Notes: generated by a model not told the origin, from the sequence alone. Counted from the whole stretch's first letter, positions 35,064 to 50,396 are shown. The stretch: 51,329 nt of DNA, filler included, from Catajapyx aquilonaris (GCA_000934665.2; 2 parts of 2 records of this genome joined end to end with filler, not necessarily neighbours in it); one strand, 5' to 3'. Numbers and translations: made by a program.

Positions 35064-36839
35064 GGTCTACACTTCAAATCCTATGTACGGAATTGTATTG
35101 GATCGCCCTGACTCTTTGGGCCGTGTGGTGCTCACCCAGCCGGGTCTTTCCAGAGACATGCCATATCGCTCAACAGTATTGTCAACGTTGTCTCTCCTAA
35201 CAATGTTCTTGTGTAATCCTCCCCACCTGAAAACTTGATCCCGGTGTACAAAGTACAACATTCAACGATATATCAAACATCTCTGGAAAGACTTTTCATC
35301 CCTTGTGCCTCCACCATTTACCTCCACACTTTTGTTGGGCCCCGAATAAAATAACAAAAAATATGGTCTTTCGGGTTAGTCATTGCTGAGTAATCCGAAG
35401 GTGTAATGGGCGCCATTATTTAAAGCGTTCCTTGTCCGGTTCATAATTTGTAAAATCATTTTGAGAAAAAAAAAAAATATTAATAAGCGACCAGGCCGTG
35501 CCTTTTGTAGGCTCAGAAACGAACTCCTGTCCCTCCCAACAATACCCTGATTCCTGATTGGACTCAGGGAAAAAATAGGACTCACAAAAATGGCATTTTC
35601 TTTCTTTTCCCCTCCCTCCCCTCTGCAACTACACATCACGTGACACTTCTTTTTTTTCTGTGTGTGAGTGACAGTGAGTGTGTGCCGACGACGATGAGGT
35701 GACGAAAGTGACGTCACTCGTCCTCCCCATGCAGTGTGCGACACGTGACCGTGACATTGGTGTTTGCCCTGATTGTTGTGGGGAGGAAGAAGAAGCAGGA
35801 TTTTTTTTTTAGTGCCATGGAATTTCACTTTCTGTGATCTACTTCGGTTGTACGCATATTTCTCTTATAGCCTATTGTACATTATCGGGAAGCCACTTGT
35901 ATAGATTATTATTCTACTGCATCAGGTGTACAGGTATGGAGTGCACACTCTTTGCCTTTTTGATTATTATAATTATTACAATTAATTTGGCGGCAGCAGT
36001 TTCATGCTGTCTTCTCCCTTTGTGTTAGTTTTAAAGAAAGAAAAAACGCTAGTTAGGAAAACTCTTCAAGAAAACCATTGTGTATAATTGTTACGAATAG
36101 GTTTTCAAGACGATAAACCAACAACGGGGTAAAATTATTCCCACGATCTTTTTTTCTCTTTTCTTCCCCATCTCGTCCTTCCAGTTCATTCGCAGATCCA
36201 AATGGAAGATTTCTGGGGCTCAATTAGGACCCCAAATGAGCGCGCCAATGAGATTACCACTGTTGCCAGCTGCAGCCAGGTAGTTGCCAAATGAAGCAGA
36301 AGGGATGTCGTGTCCACATGTGGAAGCAATCATCATTTGCATGGGGCATGAGATCATGTCTAAATAATTTTCCATAAGCACACTAACAAAAAAGAAATCT
36401 CGCATTTTAAATATACCCTGGATTATTATTTCAAGGCCAAGATTTTAAGTGAATGACATCAGTACGATTATGTTCTTTGTCTTAGTTTTTGTCTCAGGTT
36501 AAGTTTATTTGTGATGTCATTTATCTCTGAAATTGCCAGGTTGATGAGTCTGAGCGAGCCATTCGGATTGATTTACCTGTTACTACCCTGGAATGTCTCG
36601 ATTCTTACACCTTTGTCACCCTCAGAACGACAGGCTGCGATGTTTTGAGAGATTGCTCATGGAAGGGCTCTTCCTTTTGTAGGGCAATTTGTACCCGCAA
36701 ACCAGCACATTCCTGGGCTATTGATGGCTTTTCCGATTCTAGGAACACAAGAGAATGACCCATTCTATTTTCGTGGTTGTTTGTATTTAAGCTCTTGTTA
36801 AGACGCTATTTTTATGGTCGTTATTTTGATTACCGTTCT

Positions 36840-37137
36840 TATAAACATGGGTTATTGTCCATTTATATTTAGAGGGCAGCTCCCACCGACCGCCTAATCT
36901 GAATTCCACCCACTCCGGATTCCCATCGCGATAACTGAGTACTATATGAAGCTCGGAAAGACGTGGAGTTGTCATACGTATATCATTATCATAAGTAAGG
37001 CATGACAGCTCTGCTCTTTCCAAGCTTCATATAGCCCTTAGTTATCGCGGTGGGAATCCCGAGTAGGTGGAATTCAGATTATAGGCAGTAGGTGGGAGCT
37101 GCCTTTCACAGACAGATAGACAATAGCCATGTTTATA
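36840..37137. mobile_element. Fold-back (hairpin) MITE-like element
   Basis: tataaacatgggttattgtc...ggcagctcccacc...tctgaattccacc pairs with ggtggaattcaga...ggtgggagctgcc...gacaatagccatgtttata; arms about 135 bp, short loop near 36980-37000. Confidence 0.8.
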
Positions 37138-40100
37138 TATTTTTAAATATCGGGTCAGATCAGTCAGTAAATATTCCCAAATTCTTCATAACAAACATAG
37201 CCTATGCATTCTGTAACGTTAAATTCTTTTCTGCAGCTTCAAACCTTTAATGACCTACATGCATACAAAGAAAATGCTAATAGTTTTCATAGTATATGAA
37301 TGCTATGAATAACATTGCAGTTATTACCGGTGCATGGACGTAAAATAGAGTAATATCATTCTCCATACTGTGCCATTTTACAATGCCGTAACGCTCGGTG
37401 GGGACATGACTCAATTCACCGTCTACTCCGGATTGCCTGCACTCTGCTGTGTAGTACGAATCAAACGAATGTCCTGCAGTAGTCGACACCGATCATCTCT
37501 GCACCAAAGGTAAGAATTTTGTCTCATTACACGACTCTCTCCGACTCTCTTACACATGAAGTTATTGAAGTAGATAGCCTACACCACATGGATTACATTA
37601 CTTTTCGTAGGCTAATTGAAGAATGGTCTAATGTAATAGAGTGTAATGAGTAGCGAATCAGAAAGTATAGGGCACGACGTGGCATTGTAATATGCAAATA
37701 ATGTCAATACCTGAAAATACTGAGCCAGATTCGGAAAATAAGCCATTTTACGTCACGCGATACAGCAAATTTAAGCAGTACAATTACAAATTTGCATATC
37801 ACATTACGTCACTCACTTATTAAAACATTACCTCCTGCTCATAACCAACATAAACTCACACATCGACTCTCTTGGTACAATCAAGATTTTGGTAGATAAG
37901 TGTCCCTTTTATAGCGGTTAAGTTGGTGAGCCTGAACTGTGCCCGTGGCTTCCTTTTCGTGCTAATGAGGACCCCCACCCCACCCACTTCCCGCTTCATA
38001 ACAATTTGAGCCATTTGACAAACTCCCAGCAGACATGCAAAGGCAGCGGGGGGAGAAGCAAAAATCCACACCCTGATTTGTTTCAGACTGACTTTACCAA
38101 TAATTACTGTTTATGATTTATTGTGCGTGGGAACCATTGCGCAGGAAGCGTTCAGAAAGGGGGGGACCAGGTGTTTGTGCAGAAAATATTCTATATGCAT
38201 GGTGCGATCGCCTCCTAAGATGGTGACTTGTTTGTGACTTCCACTCAGATTGTCAGGGAAGCGTTCACAACAGGCCAGAGGTAATAACAAAAAAGATCCA
38301 CTAATTCTGTTACCACCTTTCACGTACCCACAACTGGTGTGCTCGAAGGTCAGCCCTGTCGGTAGAATATTCCCGCAGGAAAATATTATATACGGTGATC
38401 TCCCAGATAAAAAGCGACCACAACTGATGTGGACTATGCCGCTCAAATAAGGATCGTTACCAGGCGCAAAATTTTCCTAGGTACATTATTCAAGAGGGTG
38501 CACGCCATCAAAATTATTTAGGGCAGTCCCCGCAATTTGCTAAATTGTACCAATCATACACTTTTTGCCACCTTACCCAGGCATGTAGCTTTATTTACTA
38601 CGTTGTACCTCCGCTGATCTTATATAGCGATGCTTCTACACATAATTAACAGGGCCTGTAAGTAAACAACTCTGCTCGACGAACTACGAGCAACAAGCAT
38701 ATGATATTAATAAAAAATTGTTTTGCTTCTGTTGAGGCTGATATAGGCTTGTTTTAACAGGAACCAACCTTGCTCTTTGTATATGTGCACAGAAAACATG
38801 AAGGTACTGCAATCGTACATTACAGTATGCATCACTTTCAACAGGAAGAACCTGTGAGAGTTGAATTACTGACACTGTGAAACAGGAATGTGTTACAGGT
38901 TACATGCTGGCTTGCATACGAGGTTAAAATTCAGAATGATACCGACCCGACAAGCCTGAATAAGTCTCTGATTATAATGATGCGACAGATCCACTCACGC
39001 CGCCTTTCGTAAAATTCAAAGCTCCGATAGTGATTTGCACTAATGCGGTAATTACACCTATTAAATGCGCGCTAGAATCACCGTAATTTGTCAATTATTT
39101 GATGGCGATGAGAAAATTATCGTCCCGGACCAGTATTTTGAAAATCCATATGCTTTGAAACACATATTCAACTGGTTTATTTACAAACTTATATACTTTC
39201 ATACGTTCAAAAAAAAAGTGTGCCGATTGTAGCTCATTTTTAAATTGTAATGTTAATATAAAGTTTACGACTACAAATCCAACATATATACTTTATGGTG
39301 TCTGCAATAAAATTAATATTAATTTTACGTTATGAGGGTCACACACGTTCAAAGTTATTTGTCTGTATTCCTGAACACAACGCAGCAATTCTCCAAATGC
39401 CAGAGTTATTATAACAACTGACTGTGTTAGGGATTTAAATAAATAACATAATGATACTGGCAAATAATTGAAGCTGCTAGAAAAATTAGTTCATAATATA
39501 TGTCGTCAGCTACATGTATCTGACACCTTGTGGCAACTGAGGCGCTTGTTGGGCATGCTGAGTAACGTCACGATTTTTCCGCCCATTTCAAGCTGTACTC
39601 CCCCCTCCCCTGATCTATCTTGTCTTATCTCACGCTATCTTAGGGATAAGAGTTTTCTGTTTCTTAGTTGTTGTTTTTTTGTTAACTGTGTATTCCTGGG
39701 GGAATAAAAGTTAGACCCTTATAATCCGCGCTATTCTGAGCCCTAACCTGTGTGTCTGAATAGGACTTGAGTTTACAGGGGAACCGCATTGGACAATAAA
39801 CATTAATATATCGATAATTCTCTGCAGCACAATAAAGCCAATACAAGCAAATACATGCAGAATAAATTAAACCAACACTCTGTTGACCCTCTACACCTCC
39901 ACATTATTCCTCAAACAATCCCAACCTTTGGATTGACCCTTCCCGTAACACCCCGTATGTTAACCAGCTAGTGTCAGCCGAAAGCAATTCCCTGGGAGGA
40001 ATATGAGAAGTGACATGATTGCGGTGATCGAGGCGTGCTAAATGCAGTCACAAAGAGGCGATGAGAAGTTGGCATGATCCGAGTTGGGGCAGCACTGAAG

Positions 40101-42673
40101 CGAGCTAATTGGAACCCAGGGTTCAAAAGTGCGAGCGCCGCCAAATTGTACCCATTGCGGCCGAATCTATTCCATGTATAGGACCCCCCCTATGGGGTAT
40201 GGGAGGGTGATGGAGGGGAGGGTAGACTCTACCTATATAATCCTGTAATACCCCTCGCGCCGGGGGACTGAATGGGCTACAAATGAATCCCGGAGCTGCG
40301 TCTGTCAACACTGGTGACGGCAGCCTTTGGCGCCCTCTCTCATTAGGATTCGTCTTCATTATTATTTTCTTTTTCCCTCCGCCTTTTTAAAGAGGTAGCT
40401 GCAATATGACCATTTGTCATTAGCTTCAGACTTTGTCTGGTAACCGAATCTTTTTCTCTTCTTGTTCAATAGCAGGCATCAGCTTGTCGGCTCATTATCA
40501 ATATTCAACGGGGCGCTATTTTTTGATGTTTTGTCGGCTGTATTTTGTAAAGGGAAGCGCAGTACATACGAGCCGCTAGGTTTTGTGTTGGGAAGGTTTT
40601 GAGCTGTGTTTAGGTGTATAGGTATAGATTGTATACATGACGTTACACATATACAGAAGTGTGATGGCTTTGCTTATCATATTTTATACACATTTGCTCA
40701 CTCATATGTACAGTACATCCAATTTACATCAAATGTCAGATTTCATTTTGTAACCTATCAGTAGTAATGTTCATATAAAAAATAGTAACACAATTATCAC
40801 ATTTCAATCTGATGTCAGCAAATAGCAAACTTAGCACATTATTCATCTGTCACATTCCTATGCTGGCCCAAATGACGTAAATCTTGAGCACCTGTATAGT
40901 AGACATTTTAATTATGAGAGGCCTGGAATTGGAGGCATGAAAAGCACACCCCAGTTGTGAATCGGCAAGGCAAGGCATGTGGCTTGTGCCTGCTCACCGG
41001 TGCTGCTGTTTGTGGGCGTGGCAAGCGGAAGTGCTAATTGTCAGCGGGGGGTTCCATTTGGAACCGGGGGCTCCGGGTGACAGAAACTAAGGAGTCTGGA
41101 GCCCTCCCCGGAGCCACCGCGCCCTCGCTAAGTAAATAAACTTTGACAAATGCTTCCTTCACGCCAACCTAGCCTCTTTTGTTTCCCGCCAGATCAAGCG
41201 CGACCACCATGCATCGGCAAGGACTTTGTGGAGGTCACCAAAATAACCACAACGTCTATAGGTTGTTCCATCTCAGCTGACCCAGTATACACATATGTTT
41301 AACTGTTAATATTATATTTCATTATATTTGATGCAATAACAGCAAATTATGTCACTTTGTAAAACTGATATGTAACTGTAATGACTCAGGATGTTCCACA
41401 CTGTCGTATAACATTTTCTTTCCAAAAAAAAAAAAAAATGTTGGACTGCGTACTTACAAGTTTTTTGCGAGGAATTCCCGCAAGTGTGAGTAAGGCAGAC
41501 AACTCTAGTCACGGAGGAGCAGCGGGCTATGCTATGACCTCGTACCTTCACTCACAGAGCCATCCTTTTTGCTGATAGCCGAGTAATTGCCAACGTGGGG
41601 GATCCCTCATCCACATCACTACACACATCTCCCCCAAGCCCCATCGTATTTCATAAGGAGTGAGGAAAAAAAGCAGCTCAAGTTGCAGGACAATTTGAAA
41701 GGTTTTGTTATTATGCAGAGTTGTCTGAGCAATTTTTAAGGTATCAAGTTTGGTTTGGAATTATGATCAAAGTGTGTGTGTAGATTTCTTTCAAGCGACT
41801 GAAAGGCGTTTATGACCCTAACCGTTGTCTGAAATAAAACTGGCCGCCAAAAGCAATCACGAGTCACCACGACAAACCCGCACGACCAGTCAGCTCTTTT
41901 CAACAGCCTGACACCCAAGGACCTTACAAATAATATTTCTAGCTAATTAACAAATCCTTTCACGGTACTGAAGTTTACCTTTCTCAGTTACTTTTTTTTA
42001 TTTTTTGCAAGAGATATATACGTATTTCACTCAGGAGTGGAAGAAGAAAAAAACATTTTCAATCCCCTTGTTCGATGTTTGGAAATAAGATAAAGACTAC
42101 CCATTTTCATTTTTAAGGGTCATACATATTTTATTGTCAAAGATACAAAAACGCAAACATAGAATTTACAGGGTTAGACAAGGTCAACCAGCACTGACAA
42201 GGTATACAGGTAGGCAATACCGTTTTAGTGTCATTGTGACTATACTGTGGAAGTGTCTTCATTGAAATAATGTCAGCACTGAGCATGGGCAAATATTGCA
42301 AGCCAGTATGACAAAAATGGGTTTAAAAACTCCTAATGACGCAATCAACGTAGTAAAATTACAAAATTACATATAAGCTTAATTGAAAATGCCGCAGTTG
42401 AGTATATGAGCAAGATCCTAGCTGTAATGGGGGTCACTGCTGGTAAAGGCATGCGTGTACATGTAGACACTGGAATAGTACGTTTTAAAATTAATACATC
42501 AATATAAAATTCATTAGTATAGTATATGAGGTATCTGCAATGTTTATCATGCTTGTATATGGTGTGGTAATATAATTATGAATCTTGGCTTCAGTGAAAG
42601 TTACGATTATTGTAACACTTATAATTATAACCCTTTCACCACTGAGCAGCATAAAATTAAATACAGTAAAAGA

Positions 42674-42826
42674 CTGTAAAACCTCGATATAACGCTCCAG
42701 CATATAACGCCTTCCCGCTTTTAACGCCCATATTTTCCAGTCCCTCGATCATATCCATAAGGTAAATTTTCCCGTATACTGGTACTTTTGGACGGTCCTT
42801 TGAAGAGCATTATATCGAGGTTACTA
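42674..42826. mobile_element. pogo/Tigger-like MITE remnant
   Basis: Imperfect TIRs ctgtaaaacctcgatataacgctc / gagcattatatcgaggttacta with internal ATAACG/TTAACG sub-repeats. Confidence 0.6.
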
Positions 42827-45800
42827 TTCTTACTCGCGTTCTAAATATAACAGAGCCTTTAAGTTTAAATAAACAACAATTGTCGAATTCTCAATTCCAA
42901 GTGGTTGATATCATATAGCTGTGTTCCAGTGTTCGAGTGACGAAAAAGATACGAATATAATTTCAGACATCATATGCACCATTTACTCAAGCGACTTCGA
43001 GTATATGATCAAGTTGAATAGTGATTGTATAATGAGATCGAGACACTTTACAGTAATGAAGTTTGAAAAGTAGTTAGTTTGTGGTGCATTGAATTACCAG
43101 TGTCGGATTAAAAGTGACTGACGACCGTTAGAGTTGGCACAGTGCTGAGTTATGCTGTGAATTCATATCCAGTCTTTGGTCAGGTTGAGTTTGGGAGTCC
43201 TGATGGCCTCGGGTGTCGTCCTTACACGTATACACTTTTGTTCATGCCAAGCAAGTCTTGACGCAGCACATTGGGAGCAGAATCCCCGCCGAGTCTCCTG
43301 ATGAACCAACTCTCTCGGAATTTTTATCATCATCTACATTCCCACCTCCCTGACTTTTACTGTAGTCTCCCTTGAAAGTGTTACTATACTGGTATAGAGT
43401 TAATGCTGGTCCTTTTTGTTATTTATGCAAATATTAGTAGCTAACCAACAATAATGAATATGGCAATCCATTGTTTATATATTAATGTGAAGCTACTACT
43501 ATCGTTAAAAGTACGAAGAAGTACCAGCGCTTATTATTTCGAAGTTCTATATCATCTGTATGCGTAGGAAAATGTGTCAAGCCATGTTCATCAAATTCAC
43601 CTCTATAATATATAAACGTCGAAATAACAATATTGTGGTGTTTAAAAAAAAAAAGTATTATAGGCTACTACTGCTTGACCCATAAGTAAAATTATCTTGC
43701 ATTCTCATAAGAACTTATTTAAATTCCCTATTGCAAGTTGGCAGAATTTCAAAATGAGACCAGAGAAATGCAAGGTAGAGTATATATCAGCAGCAGCATC
43801 CCGCTGATAGGATCCCTGACGGAGGGAAAAGTGTGTGGAACGGCACCTCCTAATATCCCCCCGCATCCATCCATCCATCCATTCAACCAGACCTCTTGTG
43901 CTGCACCAACATACTTCCCTAGGCCCCCCCTCTAAGAGAGTTGATTTCAATCGGGACAGCCCCCCCTCGGATGCTCTTCGGAGCAGGCCTGATGCGCGCC
44001 CCGGGTGTTCCTTCCCGCCCCGGGTGCTCCTCCAATCTCACAAGGAAATTAATCCGGTCTACAAGCCACTATCTGCTGGGGTGGCCAAAACGGTCTCCTC
44101 AATTCTGATGCTAGGAACAAGTCATGTCATTCCAGAGATTGTGCAGTGCTCCATGTATAGCCAGGAATTTGTTTCTGAGACCTGCATATGCACCCTATAT
44201 AAACTGTTACAAAAACAGGCTATTTTGACGTACACAGACGTTAAATATGAAACATATGCAATTCAATCATATAATTCATAGTTATTAGTTTTTCCAAATG
44301 TTATTTCCACTGCAGCATCCCCATATCACTGCCAGGTACAGCACATCTGCACAACGGCAAGTAGGCTACTGCAACTATATATGATAGTATCTATAGGTAT
44401 TACACAGCATGCTAATTATTTATCATGACTAATATATTTATTTTTTGCATATCATTTACGTTTGTAGTAGCTGGGTACTATACCATAAAGTCTTCGTAGT
44501 AGGGTGCCGCGAGAAGAGGGGGAAAGCTGCGAGGGTAGCAGGGTGTGGGTAGGGGGGATATATAAAGCGATGATGAATGTGGCGTTACGGGGGCTAATTA
44601 GTCCCCCGTAGGGGTGATTAGGGGCTGCCCCTGGGCCTTTGGGGGGGCTCAGAGTCTGGCTTCGGGTTGCCTTTTTCATGGGTATAGGGGAGTACTCGGC
44701 AGCAGAATCTCGATGGGAATGGGGGAGCACCCCAGAGAGAACAAGGCCACAGACTCCGGAGTCCCCCTACATATTGACCACATGCAACCGGAGAAAGTGG
44801 TGGTAGGTCCCCGGAATTAATTAGACGCTCATTCAGCGCCACTAATGAAGCAAAGATGCGCGCCTCGTTTATAAAAGGATAGCGCCTCAATACGATCACT
44901 CGTTTGCTTACGTTATCAGAGCCTCTCACCCATTGCGTCATTGCACAGCTTGCTTTTTATCTATATTACACAAATTGCACAATTCACTGCATGAAAAAAA
45001 CAAAACAGAATAAGTAGACTGTTATGGGGAGGTGATTTGGTCCCCCAGGATCAAATGTCCACTTCATCATAATTAATGAGGCATTTATGACATAGCGATG
45101 TGGTGGATGTGCATAATCACAGCTAATTGAATGCAGGCGTAATGTGCAGTTTCTATTATAGTATGGCGATTAATCCGCGGAAAATTAAAGAGCAGCCAGT
45201 GATATGACATAACCTGCTAAATGTTCTGAACTGGAAAAGGATGTGCACGAAGTTAGCAAGGGGAAATTTTAAATGCAGTGTTCATTGTAGTGTAATTACA
45301 GTGGCATCAGTGCTGTAATGCTCAGCAATGTGCATGTAAACAATAAGTAATAATAGAGTAGTTGAAAATTTATGATGGACATTCGAAATAATAACACAAT
45401 GTCACAATCACTTACTGCATAATGGACAGTAATCAGAAATGATTTTTTATTTAACACATTTTGAAATGGCGGTAATGTCTAAAATTGTGGTCATAGGCCT
45501 GTATAATTAATTAATTATTATGCAAGGATAACTACTTATTAATGTTCAGGTAGGGTCGAGGGTAGCATTGTAGTTTTAACTTATTGTGTTTAGACGTTTA
45601 GAGTGTTGTTAGAGTGTCCTTTATCCGAAATTCCCACACACGAAAGTTTTACTAAACTGCTGATTGAGCATGCTGGCAAGTTACAAATGGAAATCCATTT
45701 GAATCAACTATCATCATTGCCTTTATCTGTTGACGTATGCAAAATTATTAAAATTGTATAGAAAACTACCTCTATGGTTAATGTATAACCTCGGTATAAC

Positions 45801-46183
45801 CTCCATAAAGAAATTTGCTGTACAGAACATGGACATTTTTACGGGCATTTATCCCATCACAAAGCCGTCCCATTTTATAGATGCAAATACTGTATACAAA
45901 ATAATGTTCTAAAATCCTAAATTCGAAGCACTTCTGGTCCCAACCATTGCGGGATAAAGGATTCTCAACCTGCATTTACAACCATAAAGCAAAAAAATTA
46001 CTGTCACTATTTTCTTAATTACAAAGAAAAGGTCATAAAGAGAAGGTAAATTATTCCATCGAATAGACGCAGGCGCTGAAGAGGTGAATATCACCATAGC
46101 TTTTCTCTGGCTATTTTTCGAACCAAATAAGTCCGTGGCAAAACAGTCAATCAAGAGTATCGGTTTGCGACCTTGTATCTCTA

Positions 46184-46621
46184 CAGGGTGTTCATGAAAA
46201 ACACCGACAAACTGATACCATCAGTGCCCAATGGTAACGTGAGGGTCATTTTATGTAGAGGAGTCATTATGTCTACACCGCCTCATTACTGAGATAATTG
46301 ACTCGTTGCTGATTAGCGATTTTCGCCTAATCGCTCCTTCTGACTTTTAAATAGAATTTACAGGTGTAACTAGCCATAGAGGCCATACCACCTGTGAGCA
46401 ACAAACCAACAAAGTCCGGCCCCCAGACCTTCCAGTCCCTTCTGACTGGGGAAGGGTTCGTTGGGTGGCCTAACTTCCAGGATATTTTATACTACCTGTT
46501 TGAAGGAAATTTGCGCAGTAATGAGGCGGCCCAGGAATAATCACTCATCTACATAATGTGATCGTCTGGTCCCTAGGTCAGGGGTGATATAGGTTTGTCG
46601 GTGCTTTTCATGAACACCCTG
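46184..46621. mobile_element. Tc1/mariner-like MITE
   Basis: TA-CAGGGTGTTCATGAAAA...ACCGACAAAC / GTTTGTCGGTG...TTTTCATGAACACCCTG-TA; internal ccgcctcattactg / cagtaatgaggcgg. Confidence 0.88.
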
Positions 46622-49600
46622 TATAGGCATCTTATCAATCATAACATATATTTCAGCCAGATGGTTTGCCATGTAGTGGGATCAAGTGGAAAGCAAGCGA
46701 AAACTATGAATACATGATACCTGTACTAGATAATATAGACATAGTGGTACAGAAAAAAGAATATAGAAAATACGCAAAAAAATGACACAAGAGCATTCTT
46801 AAATCAATGCCACACATTTGGACTAGTAAATTCCAACTGACAGCTGACCTTTCAGATTCAAGTGAGATTTTGCACATGTGAAATACTGACGACATACGAC
46901 CGGTCATCAGATATCCGAGGCCAATATTAGGTGAACTTCTGATGGTATATGTAAGGTATATACTGCATCACATTTTGGATGATTATCTGGGAAAGTATGC
47001 ATTACGAAGAACATGTGAATAGTGCCAGTGTCATTCTTTTCATGTTAATAGCCTACTTTCACATGATTGCTCTTGGGACTGCAATGCGGATATGTCGCAG
47101 TTGTCTATATAGGGTGCAAACAAACAAACAATATGTTATGTATCTCTCTGCAGGTTGAAGCGTCAATGCGTTTCATATACGAGTACTTGGTGTCAGCCAT
47201 TGAATACACTTGGTGCGCAATCTAGTAGTGTAGAACATGCATATTAAGTGTATTCACTTGGATTGACTAAGAAATACATATCATAGCCAATTTTGCATTA
47301 AAGGGCAAACACCTGTAACAATCCTTTCAGCATAGGCTACATGATGAGACATAATTATGACCAACTGTCAAATCTCATTGAAATTTCTTTCACGTTATAA
47401 GTAACTTATGCTCTCTGATGGGTTAGAAATATAGGGTATAGAATTGATTCAGTCACTGTAATAGCTAAACTGCTAAAGGAACATTAAAAATACAAATCCT
47501 ATTGCTGGAAAAGAACGACTCAGGGGTCACCCATTTGGATGGTGCATAATAGCGAGAAAACTGCTATGAAATTCAGGCCTGCTAAGATTAATAACAATAA
47601 TAAGATCATGGAGAAACGAGTCCATTTAATATAGGAATTCAACGGAAGATACCCTTCCCGACTTGGAAGAAAGAACAGGTAGATTATTTTTTCAGCAGTT
47701 TTGGTTGTTTCTTTTTTTCTTCCTCGCAATGAGAACACAAATAATATCTGTCTGGAGTCTGAGAGTCGGGCTTTGTGGCGCCAAAAGAAGGCCTACCGGT
47801 TAATAATGAGAAGATCCTTTTTTACTCTTCAGGTATGATTGGTTGAGAGAAGAGAGGGGACAGGGATTAGGATGGTTTTAAAGGAGTGGGTGGTTACGCA
47901 AGGACAAAAAAAGGGTTGAAGGGCCACCCAAAAATAGGTCTAATACTTTATATTTTGTTCTCTGAAAGTGTGTGTCTAGTATTTTTAAGCGAAATAATGA
48001 GCAGACTGAATTGCTGTTAATGTAATTGTTATTTTTTTTAAAGATGGTAGTATGAAAGATGTGAGACTGTTAATGTTCATTTCCATTATTATAAACATTG
48101 AAAATTTTAGAGAATAAGTTTGACTTATTGGATAAATTAATGATATACCAGCTTTCACATGTGCAAAATTGTAATTGACTTATGAATGACTCATTATTAA
48201 AATTTGCAAAAAAATGGAGCAATAACCTTTTCTTGGATACATACTGAAGTATGTGTTTATAAGATAACGAGTTCAAAATATGTTAATGATGGTTTTGTCT
48301 TACCTTTACGCTATTGTTTTAAATTATAGAATAGCGTATCAGATATCTGAAGATACTAATGAAGGACACGTGATTATTCTGCCAACCACTGACTGGTAAG
48401 AGCCCGAAACGTCGTTAATTTACTCAAGCCTTTATAGAATGAGCAAAAGGTTGTCAACTTGTGAATGTATTATTTGCTATATGCTCAATCACCAATTTCC
48501 TTAAAGCCGAGTTTATGCTAACATGACTAGTTGGATTAACAGCAGCGTCGTATTTCAGTTTGGCACCCAAAATTGGGCAAATCTGAGTAACTCAAACCCA
48601 TTCAAATGCAGATGTATCGTGGTTAAGTCCCACGCACTTCTATGTCCACCGTTCTCACAACCTCCCCATTTCTCTTCCACCGCCCTGTGGACTTCATTCT
48701 TAATGGTTGGGTTATACCACCGGCCGGCAAAGAGCCATAAAGCGAGGCGTAAAATGGAAAGGCGAAGCTGAAAATGGCGCCGACAGAGGCCTCGGCCTGC
48801 GCGTCCTCCGCAGCCATTGCTCATCATATGACCCCATCGACCACTTGCCCTGCCCCATTTGAATTTTCATGGCTCATTTGGGGCAGCCTGCCGCCAGGGG
48901 GATTGAGGGTAGAAACGGGGAAAGCACATGATATGTTCAGATGGGGGAGATCCAGCCGATTCAGCAGGTTTTCAAACATGGATTATATCTGGGTGAATAT
49001 GTGAATAGATTTGTTTAGAGGTCGTAGTTTTAAATACATTTCTAGGCCCTTAAAATATATTGCTCACAGGGTTTGGCATGATCTCAGGAGATTCATTCTT
49101 CTGAAATCAACAATCTATTTGTGCTGGCCGCTGGGCAATGAGGTATGTCTCAAAATGTTTCAGTCTTAATGTTTAAATAAAAGTACAATAGCAAGGTGAA
49201 AGCATATTATCATTATACTGTATGCTTGTTTTAAGTTTTAATCACGTAGTGCAGTACTGAATATTTAATATATATATATATACCTTGTACTTTCGCTGTC
49301 AGCGCCAAGCGGCTGGGCAAGTGGAGGCTGGTGGAAGCTCTTGTGAATCACGTCTCGCTCGCGGATGCTTCCACCCACCACATTGACTCTGCCTGCCGGG
49401 GTACAAGGCAGCTAATTTTAATTTTTTTAGAAGTGTAATTGTCACGCAAAAAAAAATCAGGAAATTTTTTAAATATGACTATGCTTCCAATAAAAACGCA
49501 CCTTTTAAATTCATTGCCACTAAATGCTACTTGATCAATAGCTGCAATTTAATCACAGCTCTTTTGCAACTATTGTATTTCAATGAACATGATGACACTG

Positions 49601-50322
49601 TACTTGCAAAAAATATCGACAAGAGTTAGTATCTTTTCAACGACAGTATGAAAATAAAACTTGGCCAGTATAGGCTTAGCCTTGCAGATAATATGTTCTC
49701 GTCCTAGAGCATGCATGAGAGGAGTCAAATCACATAATGCAGTATTTCTTCTTTTTTTGTACCTTAAAAAAGAACCAGAGTAGGAGTCTGGCTCGCCTCT
49801 CATTAACTGTTCCAGATGGCCTTCTTCCTGCTGTGGTGTCCCAGCACCATACTGAACCCGAGAATATCTTTTCTTCCTTTTCGTCACATTTGGAATGCAT
49901 TTCTGGTGTCACTTCACAAACTCATACAAATTGGTCGCAGCCTTAATCTTAATGTTCATAGAATGCAGGAAAACTGCAATAGTTGATGCTATACTGTAAT
50001 ATGCTCCTCAATGAACAAAAACAATTAATCAAGGGTATATACAGTATATGATATTTGCGATGTCCGGTGAATTAACGTAATTGTAGCATCCTGTAAAAAA
50101 ATACCGCATCCTTGTAGGGAATAGAATATAATTATGACACTCTAGTAGGGCCTACACAATTATTTATCTATTAACGTCTTGTAAGAATTATCTGCGAATT
50201 TTCTTTGTAATCTATTGAATGTAATGGGCTTAAAGTCTAAGGCCATTTCCTTTTTCGGCCACACATACACTTGCCTATATTTTATGCTAATTACGATATG
50301 TGCAGTTCACTCTGTGCATATA

Positions 50323-50396
<74 letters not shown>

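Noticed and set aside
36840..37137. miRNA precursor
   Set aside because: Arms far longer than a pre-miRNA and no known mature miRNA recognised; better explained as a fold-back element.
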